Assembly: GCA_041661045.1 (NCBI GenBank)
Contig: JBAZVE010000001.1
Location: 510,001-542,000, forward strand
DNA length: 32,000 nucleotides
Reading direction: 5' to 3'
Origin: Candidatus Saccharimonadota bacterium
GTDB taxonomy: Bacteria; Patescibacteriota; Gracilibacteria; UBA1369; 2-02-FULL-48-14
The position numbers and the translations under genes were made by a program. Shown piece after piece: positions 30,902-32,000 of this stretch. The number at the start of each line of letters is the position of its first letter. Position 1 is the stretch's first letter. The notes below the pieces were generated by a model that worked only from the letters and a program-made list of their open reading frames with translations, had not been told where the DNA came from and made no database searches.

Positions 30902-31852
30902 ATGACTGCTTTAGACCAATTGCCGGAATCTCCTCGAGAGAGCACCAACCCCTTGGTGGGAGAGGTGCTCCCGGAGGATATTAAAGAAGGCGGAGTCCGG
31001 GCTGTCGATTTGAAACTGGCTGATGTGGATGCTCGAATGCGTGATCAGCAAGCGGATCCTGCGGTCGCGATCGCTGAAACGGAAACGGCCGAAACTCCTC
31101 CGGAAGAAGAAGCTCCGCAAGAAGAACCCGGCTTTTTGACCAGTCTTTCCACTTATTTTGAGCAGGCTAAAACGGGCGGTAAGGGTACTTTTATGGCCGC
31201 TCTTTCCACGCTCGGTTTCGCCCTCAGTTCCGGTAAAACCAAAATTTGGGATTGGGTGAAGGGGGTTTTTGGTGGGGAAGAGGAGGAAGCCGAGGTAGAA
31301 GCACCTGCGGTGGCAGAAGCACCTGAAGAAATTCCTGAAAACTCTTTTTTGGAAGACCTTCAAAATCTGCTTCAAGAATTTGGCATCACCGATAGTGGTG
31401 ATGAAAAAAAGAACTTTTTCTTGGTGGCCGTGGAGTTTGGGAAGGAGATTGAGAAAGAATTTGGAATCCCGTATCAAGTGGTGGTTGCGCAAGCCTGTTT
31501 GGAATCTGGTTTTGGGAAAAGTGGGCTGAGCCGCAAGGGCTTCAACTGTTTTGGGTATAAAGCGGGCAAGCATTACTCCGGCTCTTTTGTCACTATGGAA
31601 GCTACGGAGATCAAAGATGGAGCTCCAGTGAAAGGACCCGCAAAGTTCCGCTCCTACTCCAATATTCGTGAATCTTTTAGGGCGTATGCTCGCTTGATTT
31701 CGACTAGCCGTTACAAAGCAGCGTTCAAATTTAAAGATCAGCCGAAACGATTTTTGGAGGAAGTGATTAAGGGTGGGTATGCCACACTTGGCGGCCCTTA
31801 TATAAACAGAGCCATTGCTGCCGTTGAGCCTTATGGTCTAAGCTTTAGCTGA
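30902..31852 (+). CDS. GH73 glucosaminidase-domain protein with an acidic disordered N-terminal half
   Basis: C-terminal VVVAQACLESGFGKSGLSRKGFNCFGYKAG..FRSYSN..SFRAYARLI matches the mannosyl-glycoprotein endo-beta-N-acetylglucosaminidase domain. The N-terminus is Glu/Ala/Pro-rich. Confidence 0.75.
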   Translation: MTALDQLPESPRESTNPLVGEVLPEDIKEGGVRAVDLKLADVDARMRDQQADPAVAIAETETAETPPEEEAPQEEPGFLTSLSTYFEQAKTGGKGTFMAALSTLGFALSSGKTKIWDWVKGVFGGEEEEAEVEAPAVAEAPEEIPENSFLEDLQNLLQEFGITDSGDEKKNFFLVAVEFGKEIEKEFGIPYQVVVAQACLESGFGKSGLSRKGFNCFGYKAGKHYSGSFVTMEATEIKDGAPVKGPAKFRSYSNIRESFRAYARLISTSRYKAAFKFKDQPKRFLEEVIKGGYATLGGPYINRAIAAVEPYGLSFS

Positions 31853-32000
31853 TGTCTACTATAAACGGTCCCGAAAAAGCCGGTATGGCCCCTGGAACTG
31901 CTCCTGAAGCGGTGGATGTGCCAAGCCCGGAAGAACTGGCCGCAGCTGTTGAAGCGGCAGCGCATAGTGCGCAAAGACAAGAGCTCACTGAACTTGGTGC
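31852..32000 (+). CDS. hypothetical protein, 5' fragment running off the window (not in the ORF track)
   Basis: The ATG overlaps the upstream TGA (TGATG). MSTINGPEKAGMAPGTAPEAVDVPSPEELAAAVEAAAHSAQRQELTELG stays open to the window end. Confidence 0.4.
   Translation, partial: MSTINGPEKAGMAPGTAPEAVDVPSPEELAAAVEAAAHSAQRQELTELG

Noticed and set aside
1-32000. CRISPR arrays, tRNA/rRNA genes, IS elements or integrases, and an alternative genetic code (UGA recoding)
   Set aside because: I saw no spaced direct-repeat array. No intergenic gap other than 22565-22730 is long enough for a tRNA, and that gap lacks tRNA features. No transposase or integrase motifs were seen. All conserved genes are intact under code 11, and TGA is used as a stop (for example pheT and rdgB).

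Overview
Compact, almost fully coding 32-kb bacterial chromosomal segment read with the standard code 11. It holds about 35 protein genes. I saw no rRNA, tRNA or CRISPR array by eye. The backbone is housekeeping: TrmB-family regulator, GIY-YIG protein, DUF4256, U32-family Fe-S enzyme plus ferredoxin, ABC-F ATPase, YhhQ queuosine-precursor transporter, a double-length tandem D-Ala-D-Ala ligase, ArfB-like GGQ protein, UPF0489, an orphan histidine kinase, an O-antigen-ligase-like membrane protein, RdgB, a family-3 O-methyltransferase, a class A PBP translationally coupled to pheS-pheT, HU, topoisomerase I, a 929-aa Cys-paired acidic secreted protein, a phosphohexomutase and a GH73 glucosaminidase. 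Gene ends often overlap, including four convergent overlaps. Shine-Dalgarno motifs are essentially absent, and several -10 boxes sit 6-8 nt from start codons (leaderless-type). Three things stand out. (1) A divergent cluster of a fused tandem chorismate-mutase-like protein, a U32 'peptidase'-family hydroxylase and a ferredoxin; together these match the genetically defined needs (prephenate, Fe-S, ferredoxin) of O2-independent RNA hydroxylation. (2) A roughly 3.1-kb low-GC islet between pheS and hup, bounded by a 9-bp direct repeat, carrying vapBC, padR-DUF1048, DUF1697, a P-loop kinase-like ATPase and an 87-nt nested hairpin. (3) The tandem Ddl fusion with its downstream arfB-like/UPF0489/kinase operon. 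All family calls come from motif recognition by eye, with no database search. The taxon cannot be established from this window; the compactness and SD-less starts are reminiscent of an uncultivated small-genome lineage (inference only).
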